Counted from the first letter of the stretch, positions 17,500 through 35,499 are shown. The stretch: 64,000 nt of DNA from Eledone cirrhosa (GCA_964016885.1 OZ024743.1:240994001-241058000), one strand, 5' to 3'. Notes: generated by a model from the sequence alone, not told the origin. Numbers and translations: made by a program.

Positions 17500-20400
17500 A
17501 TAATCATCACAACCAACAACAAAACGCTATCACCACCACCATCAACAAAAACATCATCACAACAACCAAAAACAAAACCCTATCACCACCACCGTCAACA
17601 AAAACATCATCACAACAACCAACAACAAAACCCTATCACCACCACCATCAACAACAACATCATCATCACAACCAACAACAAAACCCTATCACCATCACCA
17701 TCAACAACAACATCATCATCACAACCATCAACAAAACCCTATCACCACCACCATCAACAAAAACATCATCACAACAACCTACAACAAAACACTATCACCA
17801 CCACCATCAACAAAAACATCATCACAACAACCAACAACAAAACGCTATCACCACCACCATCAACAAAAACATCATCATCACAACCAACAACAAAAACCTA
17901 TCACCACCACAACCAACAACAACCTCATCACAACAACCAACAACAAAACACTATCACCACCACCATCAACAAAAACATCATCACAACAACCAACAACAAA
18001 ACCCTATCACCACCACCATCAACAACAACATCATCATCACAACCAACAACAAAACCCTATCACCATCACCATCAACAACAACATCATCATCACAACCATC
18101 AACAAAACCCTATCAACACCACCATCAACAAAAACATCATCACAACAACCTACAACAAGACACTATCACCACCACCATCAACAAAAATATCATCACAACA
18201 ACCAACAACAAAACGCTATCACCACCACCATCAACAAAAACATCATCATCACAACCAACAACAAAAACCTATCACCACCACAACCAACAACAACATCATC
18301 ACAACAACCAACAACAAAACACTATCACCACCACCATCAACAACAACATCATCACAACAACCAACAACAAAACCCTATCACCACCACCATCAAAAACAAC
18401 ATCATCACAACAACCAACAACAAAACCCTATCACCACCACCATCAACAACAACATCATCACAACAACCAACAACAAAACCCTATCACCACCACCATCAAC
18501 AACAACATCATCACCACCACAACCAACAACAAAACCCTATCACCACCACCATCAACAACAACATCATCACAACATCCAACAGCAAAACCCTATCACCACC
18601 ATCAACAACAACATCATCATCACAACCAACAACAAAACCCTATCACCACCACCATCAACAACAACATCATCACAACAACCAACAACAAAACCCTATCACC
18701 ACCACCACCAACAACAACATCATCATCACAACCAACAACAAAACCCTATCACCACCACCATCAACAACAACATCATCACAACAACCAACAACAAAACACT
18801 ATCACCACCACCATCAACAACAACATCATCATCACAACCAACAACAAAACCCTATCACCACCACCATCAACAACAACATCATCACAACAACCAACAACAA
18901 AACCCTATCACCACCACCATCAACAACAACATCATCATCACAACCAACAACAAAACCCTGTCACCACCACCATCAACAACAACATCATCATCACAACCAA
19001 CAACAAAACCCTATCACCACCACCATCAACAACAACATCATCACAACATCCAACAACAAAACCCTATCACCACCACCATCAACAAAAACATCATCACAAC
19101 AACCAACAACAAACCCTATCACCACCACCATCAACAACAACATCATCATCACAACCAACAACAAAACCCTATCACCACAACATCAACAAAAACATCATCA
19201 CAACAACCAACAACAAAACCCTATCACCACCACCATCAACAACAACATCATCATCACAACCAACAACAAAACCCTATCACCACCACCATCAACAAAAACA
19301 TCATCAAACAACCAACAACAAAACCCTATCACCACCACCATCAACAACAACATCATCATCACAACCAACAACAAAACCCTATCACCACAACATCAACAAA
19401 AATATAATCACAACAACCAACAACAAAACCCTATCACCACCACCATCAACAACAACATCATCATCACAACCAACAACAAAACCCTATCACCACAACATCA
19501 ACAAAAACATCATCACAACAACCAACCAGAAAACCCTATCACCACCACCATCAAGAACAACATCATCATCACAACCAACAACAAAACCCTATCACCACCA
19601 CCATCAACAACAACATCATCATCACAACCAACAACAAAACCCTGTCACCACCACCATCAACAACAACATCATCATCACAACCAACAACAAAACCCTATCG
19701 CCACCACCATCAACAACAACATCATCACAACATCCAACAACAAAACCCTATCACCACCATCAACAACAACATCATCATCACAACCAACAACAAAACCCTA
19801 TCACCACCACCATCAACAAAAACATCATCACAACAACCAACAACAAAACCCTATCACCACCACCATCAACAACAACATCATCATCAAAACCAACAACAAA
19901 ACCCTATCACCACCACCATCAACAACAACATCATCACAACAACCAACAACAAAACCCGATCACCACCACCATCAACAACAACATCATCATCACAACCAAC
20001 AACAAAACCCTGTCACCACCACCATCAACAACAACATCATCATCACAACCAACAACAAAAACCTATCACCACCACCATCAACAACAACATCATCACAACA
20101 TCCAACAACAAAACCCTATCACCACCATCAACAACGACATCATCATCACAACCAACAACAAAACCCTCTCACCACCACCATCAACAAAAACATCATCACA
20201 ACAACCAACAACAAAACCCTGTCACCACCACAATCAACAACAACATCATCATCACATCCAACAACAAAACCCTATCACCACCACCATCAACAACAACATC
20301 ATCACAACATCCAACAACAAAACCCTATCACCACAATCAACAACAACATCATCATCACAACCAACAACAAAACCCTATCACCACCACCATCAACAAAAAC

Positions 20401-23400
20401 ATCATCACAACAACCAACAACAAAACCCTATCACCACCACCATCAACAACAACATCATCATAATAACCAACAACAAAACCCTATCACCACCACCATCAAC
20501 AACAACATCATCATCACAACCAACAACAAAACCCTATCACCACCACCATCAACAACATCATCATCACAACCAACAACAAAACCCTATCACCACCACCATC
20601 AACAAAAACATCATCACAACAACCAAAAACAAAACCCTATAACCACCACCATCAACATCAACATCATCATAACAACAAACAACAAAACCCTGTCACCACC
20701 ACCATCAACAACAACATCATCATCACAACCAACAACAAAACCCTATCACCACCACCACCAACAACAACATCATCACAACAACCAACAACAAAACCCTATC
20801 ACCACCACCACCATCAACAACAACATCATCATCACAACCAACAACAAAACCCTATCACCACCACGATCAACAAAAACATCATCACAACAACCTACAACAA
20901 AACACTATCACCACCACCATCAACAAAAACATCATCACAACAACCAACAACAAAACGCTATCACCACCACCATCAACAAAAACATCATCATCACAACCAA
21001 CAACAAAAACCTATCACCACCACAACCAACAACAACATCATCACAACAACCAACAGCAAAACACTATCACCACCACCATCAACAACAACATCATCACCAC
21101 AACCAACAACAAAACCCGATCACCACCACCATCAACAACATCATCATCACCACAACCAACGACAAAACCCTATCACCACCACCATCAACAACAACATCAT
21201 CACAACAACCAACAACAAAACCCTATCACCACCACCATCAACAACAATATCATCACAACATCCAACAATAAAACCCTATCACCACCATCAACAACAACAT
21301 CATCATCACAACCAACAACAAAACCCTATCACCACCACCATCAACAACAACATCATCACAACAACCAACAACAAAACCCTATCACCACCACCACCAACAA
21401 CAACATCATCATCACAACCAACAACAAAACCCTATCACCACCACCATCAACAACAACATCATCACAACAACCAACAACAAAACACTATCACCACCACCAT
21501 CAACAACAACATCATCATCACAACCAACAACAAAACCCTATCACCACCACCATCAACAACAACATCATCACAACAACCAACAACAAAACCCTATCACCAC
21601 CACCATCAACAACAACATCATCATCACAACCAACAACAAAACCCTATCACCACCACCATCAACAACAACATCATCACAACATCCAACAACAAAACCCTAT
21701 CACCACCATCAACAACGACATCATCATCACAACCAACAACAAAACCCTATCACCACCAACATCAACAAAAACATCATCACAACAACCAACAACAAAACCC
21801 TGTCACCACCACAATCAACAACAACATCATCATCACATCCAACAACAAAACCCTATCACCACCACCATCAACAACAACATCATCATCACAACCAACAACA
21901 AAACCCTATCACCACCACCATCAACAGCAACATCATCATCACAACCAACAACAAAACCCCATCACCACCACCATCAACAAAAACATCATCATCACAACCA
22001 ACAACAAAACCCTATCACCACCACCATCAACAACAACATCATCATCACAACCAACAACAAAACCCTATCACCACCACCACCAACAACAACATCATCACAA
22101 CAACCAACAACAAAACCCTATCACCACCACCACCATCAACAACAACATCATCATCACAACCAACAACAAAACCCTATCACCACCACGATCAACAAAAACA
22201 TCATCACAACAACCTACAACAAAACACTATCACCACCACCATCAACAAAACATCATCACAACAACCAACAACAAAACGCTATCACCACCACCATCAACAA
22301 AAACATCATCATCACAACCAACAACAAAAACCTATCACCACCACAACCAACAACAACATCATCACAACAACCAACAGCAAAACACTATCACCACCACCAT
22401 CAACAACAACATCATCACCACAACCAACAACAAAACCCGATCACCACCACCATCAACAACATCATCATCACCACAACCAACAACAAAACCCTATCACCAC
22501 CACCATCAACAACAACATCATCACAACAACCAACAACAAAACCCTATCACCACCACAATCAACAACAATATCATCACAACATCCAACAATAAAACCCTAT
22601 CACCACCATCAACAACAACATCATCATCACAACCAACAACAAAACCCTATCACCACCACCATCAACAACAACATCATCACAACAACCAACAACAAAACCC
22701 TATCACCACCACCACCAACAACAACATCATCATCACAACCAACAACAAAACCCTATCACCACCACCATCAACAACAACATCATCACAACAACCAACAACA
22801 AAACACTATCACCACCACCATCAACAACAACATCATCATCACAACCAACAACAAAACCCTATCACCACCACCATCAACAACAACATCATCACAACAACCA
22901 ACAACAAAACCCTATCACCACCACCATCAACAACAACATCATCATCACAACCAACAACAAAACCCTATCACCACCACCATCAACAACAACATCATCACAA
23001 CATCCAACAACAAAACCCTATCACCACCATCAACAACGACATCATCATCACAACCAACAACAAAAACCTATCACCACCACCATCAACAAAAACATCATCA
23101 CAACAACCAACAACAAAACCCTGTCACCACCACAATCAACAACAACATCATCATCACATCCAACAACAAAACCCTATCACCACCACCATCAACAACAACA
23201 TCATCATCACAACCAGCAACAAAACCCTATCACCACCACCATCAACAACAACATCATCATCACAACCAACAACAAAACCCTATCACCACCAACATCAACA
23301 AAAACATCATCATCACAACCAACAACAAAACCCTATCACCACCACCATCAACAACAACATCATCATCACAACCAACAACAAAACCCTATCACCACCACCA

Positions 23401-25400
23401 TCAACAAAAACATCATCACAACAACCAAAAACAAAACCCTATCACCACCACCGTCAACAAAAACATCATCACAACAACTAACAACAAAACCCTATCACCA
23501 CCACCATCAACAACAACATCATCATCACAACCAACAACAAAACCCTATCACCATCACCATCAACAACAACATCATCATCACAACCATCAACAAAACCCTA
23601 TCACCACCACCATCAACAAAAACATCATCACAACAACCTACAACAAAACACTATCACCACCACCATCAACAAAAACATCATCACAACAACCAACAACAAA
23701 ACGCTATCACCACCACCATCAACAAAATACATCATCATCACAACCAACAACAAAACCCTATCACCACCACAACCAACAACAACCTCATCACAACAACCAA
23801 CAACAAAACACTAGCACCACCACCATCAAGTAAAACATCATCACAACAACCAACAACAAAACCCTATCACCACCACCATCAACAACAACATCATCATCAC
23901 AACCAACAACAAAACCCTATCACCATCACCATCAACAACAACATCATCATCACAACCATCAACAAAACCCTATCAACACCACCATCAACAAAAACATCAT
24001 CACAACAACCTACAACAAAACACTATCACCACCACCATCAACAAAAACATCATCACAACAACCAACAACAAAACGCTATCACCACCACCATCAACAAAAA
24101 CATCATCATCACAACCAACAACAAAAACCTATCACCACCACAACCAACAACAACATCATCACAACAACCAACAACAAAACACTATCACCACCACCATCAA
24201 CAACAACATCATCACAACAACCAACAACAAAACCCTATCACCACCACCATCAAAAACAACATCATCACAACAACCAACAACAAAACCCTATCACCACCAC
24301 CATCAACAACAACATCATCACAACAACCAACAACAAAACCCTATCACCACCACCATCAACAACAACATCATCACCACCACAACCAACAACAAAACCCTAT
24401 CACCACCACCATCAACAACACCATCATCACAACAACCAACAACTAAAGCCTATCACCACCATCATCATCAAAACATCATCACCACAACCAACAACAAAAC
24501 CCTATTACCACCACCATCAACAACACCATCATCACAACAACCAACAACAAAACCCTATCACCACCAACATCAACAACAACATCATCATCACAACCAACAA
24601 CAAAACCCTATCACCACCACCATCAACAACAACATCATCATCACAACCAACAACAAAACCCTATCACCACCACCATCAACAACATCATCACAACAACCAA
24701 CAACAAAACCCTATCACCACCACCATCAACAACAACATCATCACAACAACCAACAACAAAACCCTATCACCACCAACATCAACAACAACATCATCACAAC
24801 ATCCAACAGCAAAACCCTATCACCACCATCAACAACAACATCATCATCACAACCAACAACAAAACCCTATCACCACCACCATCAACAACAACATCATCAC
24901 AACAACCAACAACAAAACCCTATCACCACCACCACCAACAACAGCATCATCATCACAACCAACAACAAAACCCTATCACCACCACCATCAACAACAACAT
25001 CATCACAACAACCAACAACAAAACACTATCACCACCACCATCAACAACAACATCATCATCACAACCAACAACAAAACCCTATCACCACCACCATCAACAA
25101 CAACATCATCACAACAACCAACAACAAAACCCTATCACCACCACCATCAACAACAACATCATCATCACAACCAACAACAAAACCCTGTCACCACCACCAT
25201 CAACAACAACATCATCATCACAACCAACAACAAAACCCTATCACCACCACCATCAACAACAACATCATCACAACATCCAACAACAAAACCCTATCACCAC
25301 CACCATCAACAAAAACATCATCACAACAACCAACAACAAACCCTATCACCACCACCATCAACAACAACATCATCATCACAACCAACAACAAAACCCTATC
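17500..25400 (+). repeat. Dispersed copy pair: ~17.5-19.3 kb block repeated at ~23.4-25.4 kb (offset ~5860), each copy containing a 371/372-bp 7-mer duplication
   Basis: AACCTCATCA is at 17921/23781 and CAAAAACAAC at 18391/24251. The ACCTAC T is at 17780/18151 (371) and 23639/24011 (372). The same variant string (ACCATCACC, ACCTAC, ACGCTATC, AAAAACCTA) also opens the window at 1-700. Confidence 0.75.
20700..23330 (+). repeat. ~1321-bp (25-monomer) tandem duplication
   Basis: G variants pair at 20865/22187 (CCACGATC), 21056/22377 (AACAGC) and 21118/22439 (CCCGAT). Confidence 0.8.
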
Positions 25401-26399
25401 ACCACAACATCAACAAAAACATCATCACAACAACCAACAACAAAACCCTATCACCACCACCATCAACAACAACATCATCATCACAACCAACAACAAAACC
25501 CTGTCACCACCACCATCAACAACAACATCATCATCACAACCAACAACAAAACCCTATCACCACCACCATCAACAACAACATCATCACAACAACCAACAAC
25601 AAAACCCTATCACCACCACCATCAACAACAACATCATCACAACAACCAACAACAAAACCCTATCACCACCAACATCAACAACAACATCATCACAACATCC
25701 AACATCAAAACCCTATCACCACCATCAACAACAACATCATCATCACAACCAACAACAAAACCCTATCACCACCACCATCAACAACAACATCATCACAACA
25801 ACCAACAACAAAACCCTATCACTACCACCACCAACAACAACATCATCATCACAACCAACAACAAAACCCTATCACCACCACCATCAACAACAACATCATC
25901 ACAACAACCAACAACAAAACACTATCACCACCACCATCAACAACAACATCATCATCACAACCAACAACAAAACCCTATCACCACCACCATCAACAACAAC
26001 ATCATCACAACAACCAACAACAAAACCCTATCACCACCACCATCAACAACAACATCATCATCACAACCAACAACAAAACCCTGTCACCACCACCATCAAC
26101 AACAACATCATCATCACAACCAACAACAAAACCCTATCACCACCACCATCAACAACAACATCATCACAACATCCAACAACAAAACCCTATCACCACCACC
26201 ATCAACAAAAACATCATCACAACAACCAACAACAAACCCAATCACCACCACCATCAACAACAACATCATCATCACAACCAACAACAAAACCCTATCACCA
26301 CAACATCAACAAAAACATCATCACAACAACCAACAACAAAACCCTATCACCACCACCATCAACAACAACATCATCATCACAACCAACAACAAAACCCTG

Positions 26400-29300
26400 T
26401 CACCACCACCATCAACAACAACATCATCATCACAACCAACAACAAAACCCTATCACCACCACCATCAACAACAACATCATCACAACATCCAACAACAAAA
26501 CCCTATCACCACCACCATCAACAAAAACATCATCACAACAACCAACAACAAACCCTATCACCACCACCATCAACAACAACATCATCATCACAACCAACAA
26601 CAAAACCCTATCACCACAACATCAACAAAAACATCATCACAACAACCAACAACAAAACCCTATCACCACCACCATCAACAACAACATCATCATCACAACC
26701 AATAACAAAACCCTATCACCACCACCATCAACAAAAACATCATCAAACAACCAACAACAAAACCCTATCACCACCACCATCAACAAAAACATCATCATCA
26801 CAACCAACAACAAAACCCTATCACCACCACCATCAACAACAACATCATCATCACAACCAACAACAAAACCCTGTCACCACCACCATCAACAACAACATCA
26901 TCATCACAACCAACAACAAAACCCTATCGCCACCACCATCAACAACAACATCTTCACAACATCCAACAACAAAACCCTATCACCACCATCAACAACAACA
27001 TCATCATCACAACCAACAACAAAACCCTATCACCACCACCATCAACAAAAACATCATCACAACAACCAACAACAAAACCCTATCACCACCACAACCATCA
27101 ACAACAACATCATCATCACAACCAACAACACAACCCTATCACCACAACATCAACAAAAACATCATCACAACAACCAACAACAAAACCCTATCACCACCAC
27201 CATCAACAACAACATCATCATCACAACCAACAACAAAACCCTATCACCACCACCATCAACAAAAACATCATCAAACAACCAACAACAAAACCCTATCACC
27301 ACCACCATCAACAACAACATCATCATCACAACCAACAACAAAACCCTATCACCACAACATCAACAAAAACATCATCACAACAACCAACAACAAAACCCTA
27401 TCACCACCACCATCAACAACAACATCATCATCACAACCAACAACAAAACCCTATCACCACAACATCAACAAAAACATCATCACAACAACCAACAACAAAA
27501 CCCTATCACCACCACCATCAAGAACAACATCATCATCACAACCAACAACAAAACCCTATCACCACCACCATCAACAACAACATCATCATCACAACCAACA
27601 ACAACACCCTGTCACCACCACCATCAACAACAACATCATCATCACAACCAACAACAAAACCCTATCACCACCACCATCAACAACAACATCATCATCACAA
27701 CCAACAACAAAACCCTACCACCACCACCACCAACAACAACATCATCATCACAACCAACAACAAAACCCTATCACCACCACCATCAACAACAACATCATCA
27801 CAACATCCAACAACAAAACCCTATCACCATCATCAACAACAACATCATCATCACAACCAACAACAAAACCCTATCACCACCACAATCAACAATAACATCA
27901 TCACAACAACCAACAACAAAACCCTATCACCACCACCATCAACAACAACATCATCATCACAACCAACAACAAAACCCTATCACCACCACCATCAACAACA
28001 ACATCATCATCACATCCAACAACAAAACCCTATCACCACCACCATCAACAACAACATCATCACAACATCCAACAACAAAACCCTATCACCACCACCATCA
28101 ACAAAAACATCATCACAACAACCAACAACAAACCCTATCACCACCACCATCAACAACAACATCATCATCACAACCAACAACAAAACCCTACCACCACAAC
28201 ATCAACAAAAACATCATCACAACAACCAACAACAAAACCCTATCACCACCACCATCAACAACAACATCATCATCACAACCAACAACAAAACCCTGTCACC
28301 ACCACCATCAACAACAACATCATCATCACAACCAACAACAAAACCCTATCACCACCACCATCAACAACAACATCATCACAACATCCAACAACAAAACCCT
28401 ATCACCACCACCATCAACAAAAACATCATCACAACAACCAACAACAAACCCTATCACCACCACCATCAACAACAACATCATCATCACAACCAACAACAAA
28501 ACCCTATCACCACAACCTCAACAAAAACATCATCACAACAACCAACAACAAAACCCTATCACCACCACCATCAACAACAACATCATCATCACAACCAATA
28601 ACAAAACCCTATCACCACCACCATCAACAAAAACATCATCAAACAACCAACAACAAAACCCTATCACCACCACCATCAAGAAAAACATCATCATCACAAC
28701 CAACAACAAAACCCTATCACCACCACCATCAACAACAACATCATCATCACAACCAACAACAAAACCCTGTCACCACCACCATCAACAACAACATCATCAT
28801 CACAACCAACAACAAAACCCTATCGCCACCACCATCAACAACAACATCTTCACAACATCCAACAACAAAACCCTATCACCACCATCAACAACAACATCAT
28901 CATCACAACCAACAACCAAACCCTATCACCACCACCATCAACAAAAACATCATCACAACAACCAACAACAAAACCCTATCACCACCACCACCATCAACAA
29001 CAACATCATCATCACAACCAACAACACAACCCTATCACCACAACATCAACAAAAACATCATCACAACAACCAACAACAAAACCCTATCACCACCACCATC
29101 AACAACAACATCATCATCACAACCAACAACAAAACCCTATCACCACCACCATCAACAAAAACATCATCAAACAACCAACAACAAAACCCTATCACCACCA
29201 CCATCAACAACAACATCATCATCACAACCAACAACAAAACCCTATCACCACAACATCAACAAAAACATCATCACAACAACCAACAACAAAACCCTATCAC

Positions 29301-32300
29301 CACCACCATCAACAACAACATCATCATCACAAACAACAACAAAACCCTATCACCACAACATCAACAAAAACATCATCACAACAACCAACAACAAAACCCT
29401 ATCACCACCACCATCAAGAACAACATCATCATCACAACCAACAACAAAACCCTATCACCACCACCATCAACAACAACATCATCATCACAACCAACAACAA
29501 AACCCTGTCACCACCACCATCAACAACAACATCATCATCACAACCAACAACAAAACCCTATCACCACCACCATCAACAAAAACATCATCACAACAACCAA
29601 CAACAAAACCCTATCACCACCACCACCATCAACAACAACATCATCATCACAACCAACAACACAACCCTATCACCACAACATCAACAAAAACATCATCACA
29701 ACAACCAACAACAAAACCCTATCACCACCACCATCAACAACAACATCATCATCACAACCAACAACAAAACCCTATCACCACCACCATCAACAAAAACATC
29801 ATCAAACAACCAACAACAAAACCCTATCACCACCACCATCAACAACAACATCATCATCACAACCAACAACAAAACCCTATCACCACAACATCAACAAAAA
29901 CATCATCACAACAACCAACAACAAAACCCTATCACCACCACCATCAACAACAACATCATCATCACAACCAACAACAAAACCCTATCACCACAACATCAAC
30001 AAAAACATCATCACAACAACCAACAACAAAACCCTATCACCACCACCATCAACAACAACATCATCATCACAACCAACAACAAAACCCTGTCACCACCACC
30101 ATCAACAACAACATCATCATCACAACCAACAACAAAACCCTATCACCACCACCATCAACAACAACATCATCATCACAACCAACAACAAAACCCTACCACC
30201 ACCACCACCAACAACAACATCATCATCACAACCAACAACAAAACCCTATCACCACCACCATCAACAACAACATCATCACAACATCCAACAACAAAACCCT
30301 ATCACCATCATCAACAACAACATCATCATCACAACCAACAACAAAACCCTATCACCACCACCATCAACAAAAACATCATCACAACAACCAACAACAAAAC
30401 CCTATCACCACCACCATCAACAACAACATCATCATCACAACCAACAACAAAACCCTATCACCACCACCATCAACAACAACATCATCATCACATCAAACAA
30501 CAAAACCCTATCACCACCACCATCAACAACAACATCATCACAACATCCAACAACAAAACCCTATCACCACCACCATCAACAAAAACATCATCACAACAAC
30601 CAACAACAAACCCTATCACCACCACCATCAACAACAACATCATCATCACAACCAACAACAAAACCCTATCACCACAACCTCAACAAAAACATCATCACAA
30701 CAACCAACAACAAAACCCTATCACCACCACCATCAACAACAACATCATCATCACAACCAATAACAAAACCCTATCACCACCACCATCAACAAAAACATCA
30801 TCAAACAACCAACAACAAAACCCTATCACCACCACCATCAAGAAAAACATCATCATCACAACCAACAACAAAACCCTATCACCACCACCATCAACAACAA
30901 CATCATCATCACAACCAACAACAAAACCCTGTCACCACCACCATCAACAACAACATCATCATCACAACCAACAACAAAACCCTATCGCCACCACCATCAA
31001 CAACAACATCTTCACAACATCCAACAACAAAACCCTATCACCACCATCAACAACAACATCATCATCACAACCAACAACCAAACCCTATCACCACCACCAT
31101 CAACAAAAACATCATCACAACAACCAACAACAAAACCCTATCACCACCACCACCATCAACAACAACATCATCATCACAACCAACAACACAACCCTATCAC
31201 CACAACATCAACAAAAACATCATCACAACAACCAACAACAAAACCCTATCACCACCACCATCAACAACAACATCATCATCACAACCAACAACAAAACCCT
31301 ATCACCACCACCATCAACAAAAACATCATCAAACAACCAACAACAAAACCCTATCACCACCACCATCAACAACAACATCATCATCACAACCAACAACAAA
31401 ACCCTATCACCACAACATCAACAAAAACATCATCACAACAACCAACAACAAAACCCTATCACCACCACCATCAACAACAACATCATCATCACAAACAACA
31501 ACAAAACCCTATCACCACAACATCAACAAAAACATCATCACAACAACCAACAACAAAACCCTATCACCACCACCATCAAGAACAACATCATCATCACAAC
31601 CAACAACAAAACCCTATCACCACCACCATCAACAACAACATCATCATCACAACCAACAACAAAACCCTGTCACCACCACCATCAACAACAACATCATCAT
31701 CACAACCAACAACAAAACCCTATCACCACCACCATCAACAAAAACATCATCACAACAACCAACAACAAAACCCTATCACCACCACCACCATCAACAACAA
31801 CATCATCATCACAACCAACAACACAACCCTATCACCACAACATCAACAAAAACATCATCACAACAACCAACAACAAAACCCTATCACCACCACCATCAAC
31901 AACAACATCATCATCACAACCAACAACAAAACCCTATCACCACCACCATCAACAAAAACATCATCAAACAACCAACAACAAAACCCTATCACCACCACCA
32001 TCAACAACAACATCATCATCACAACCAACAACAAAACCCTATCACCACAACATCAACAAAAACATCATCACAACAACCAACAACAAAACCCTATCACCAC
32101 CACCATCAACAACAACATCATCATCACAACCAACAACAAAACCCTATCACCACAACATCAACAAAAACATCATCACAACAACCAACAACAAAACCCTATC
32201 ACCACCACCATCAACAACAACATCATCATCACAACCAACAACAAAACCCTGTCACCACCACCATCAACAACAACATCATCATCACAACCAACAACAAAAC

Positions 32301-34400
32301 CCTATCACCACCACCATCAACAACAACATCATCATCACAACCAACAACAAAACCCTACCACCACCACCACCAACAACAACATCATCATCACAACCAACAA
32401 CAAAACCCTATCACCACCACCATCAACAACAACATCATCACAACATCCAACAACAAAACCCTATCACCATCATCAACAACAACATCATCATCACAACCAA
32501 CAACAAAACCCTATCACCACCACCATCAACAAAAACATCATCACAACAACCAACAACAAAACCCTATCACCACCACCATCAACAACAACATCATCATCAC
32601 AACCAACAACAAAACCCTATCACCACCACCATCAACAACAACATCATCATCACATCAAACAACAAAACCCTATCACCACCACCATCAACAACAACATCAT
32701 CACAACATCCAACAACAAAACCCTATCACCACCACCATCAACAAAAACATCATCACAACAACCAACAACAAACCCTATCACCACCACCATCAACAACAAC
32801 ATCATCATCACAACCAACAACAAAACCCTACCACCACAACATCAACAAAAACATCATCACAACAACCAACAACAAAACCCTATCACCACCACCATCAACA
32901 ACAACATCATCATCACAACCAACAACAAAACCCTGTCACCACCACCATCAACAACAACATCATCATCACAACCAACAACAAAACCCTATCACCACCACCA
33001 TCAACAACAACATCATCACAACATCCAACAACAAAACCCTATCACCACCACCATCAACAAAAACATCATCACAACAACCAACAACAAACCCTATCACCAC
33101 CACCATCAACAACAACATCATCATCACAACCAACAACAAAACCCTATCACCACAACATCAACAAAAACATCATCACAACAACCAACAACAAAACCCTATC
33201 ACCACCACCATCAACAACAGCATCATCATCACAACCAATAACAAAACCCTATCACCACCACCATCAACAAAAACATCATCAAACAACCAACAACAAAACC
33301 CTATCACCACCACCATCAAGAAAAACATCATCATCACAACCAACAACAAAACCCTATCACCACCACCATCAACAACAACATCATCATCACAACCAACAAC
33401 AAAACCCTGTCACCACCACCATCAACAACAACATCATCATCACAACCAACAACAAAACCCCATCGCCACCACCATCAACAACAACATCTTCACAACATCC
33501 AACAACAAAACCCTATCACCACCATCAACAACAACATCATCATCACAACCAACAACCAAACCCTATCACCACCACCATCATCAAAAACATCATCACAACA
33601 ACCAACAACAAAACCCTATCACCACCACCACCATCAACAACAACATCATCATCACAACCAACAACACAACCATATCACCACAACATCAACAAAAACATCA
33701 TCACAACAACCAACAACAAAACCCTATCACCACCACCATCAACAACAACATCATCATCACAACCAACAACAAAACCCTATCACCACAACATCAACAAAAA
33801 CATCATCACAACAACCAACAACAAAACCCTATCACCACCACCATCAACAACAACATCATCATCACAAACAACAACAAAACCCTATCACCACAACATCAAC
33901 AAAAACATCATCACAACAACCAACAACAAAACCCTATCACCACCACCATCAAGAACAACATCATCATCACAACCAACAACAAAACCCTATCACCACCACC
34001 ATCAACAACAACATCATCATCACAACCAACAACAAAACCCTGTCACCACCACCATCAACAACAACATCATCATCACAACCAACAACAAAACCCTATCACC
34101 ACCACCATCAACAACAACATCATCATCACAACCAACAACAAAACCCTACCACCACCACCACCAACAACAACATCATCATCACAACCAACAACAAAACCCT
34201 ATCACCACCACCATCAACAACAACATCATCACAACATCCAACAACAAAACCCTATCACCATCATCAACAACAACATCATCATCACAACCAACAACAAAAC
34301 CCTATCACCACCACCATCAACAAAAACATCATCACAACAACCAACAACAAAACCCTATCACCACCACCATCAACAACAACATCATCATCACAACCAACAA
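26400..34400 (+). repeat. Four-copy ~1.9-2.5 kb higher-order repeat, including a near-perfect 2162-bp pair (~28.3-30.5 / 30.5-32.7 kb)
   Basis: The diagnostic ATCGCC...ATCTTC monomer has its G at 26929, 28825, 30987 and 33465 (spacings 1896, 2162, 2478). Other markers show offset 2162 (28518/30680, 29418/31580, 30496/32658). Confidence 0.85.
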
Positions 34401-35499
34401 CAAAACCCTATCACCACCACCAACAACAACAACATCATCATCACAACCAACAACAAAACCCTATCACCACCACCATCAACAACAACATCATCATCACAAC
34501 CAACAACAAAACCCTATCACCACCACCATCAACAAAAACATCATCACAACAACCAAAAACAAAACCCTATAACCACCACCATCAACAACAACATCATCAT
34601 AACAACAAACAACAAAACCCTGTCACCACCACCATCAACAACAACATCATTATCACAACCAACAACAAAACCCTATCACCACCACCACCAACAACAACAT
34701 CATCACAACAACCAACAACAAAACCCTATCACCACCACCATCAACAACAACATCATCATCACAACCAACAACAAAACCCTATCACCAACACCATAAACAA
34801 AAACATCATCACAACAACCAAAAACAAAACAGTATCACCACCACCATCAACAAAAACATCATCACAACAACCAACAACAAACCCTATCACCACCACCATC
34901 AACAATAACATCATCATCACAACCAACAACAAAACCCTATCACCACCACCATCAACAACAACATCATCATCACAACCAACAACAAAAACCTATCACCACA
35001 ACAACCAACAACAACATCATCACAACAACCAACAACAAAACCCTATCACCACCACCATCAACAAAAACATCATCACAACAACCTGCAACAAATCACTATC
35101 ACCACCACCATCAACAAAAACAGCATCACAACAACCAACAACAAAACGCTATCACCACCACCATCAACAACAACATCATCATCACAACCAACAACAAAAA
35201 CCTATCACCACAACAACCAACAACAACATCATCACAACAACCAACAACAAAACACTATCACCACCACCATCAACAAAAACATCATCACAACAACCAACAA
35301 CAAAACCCTATCACCACCACCATCAACAACAACATCATCATCACAACCAACAACAAAAACCTATCACCACAACAACCAACAACAACATCATCACAACAAC
35401 CAACAACAAAACCCTATCACCACCACCATCAACAAAAACATCATCACAACAACCAACAACAAAACCCTATCACCACCACCATCAACAACAACATCATCA

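Larger units (their letters stand above)
1..35450 (+). repeat. Left, relatively homogeneous satellite domain (A/B monomers; frequent AACAAAAAC, CCCTGTC and ACATCC + 50-bp variants)
   Basis: Most monomers match type A or B, or differ by one recurring substitution. The C>A variant AACAAAAAC is common here and essentially absent from ~35.5-41.2 kb. The boundary is approximate. Confidence 0.75.
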
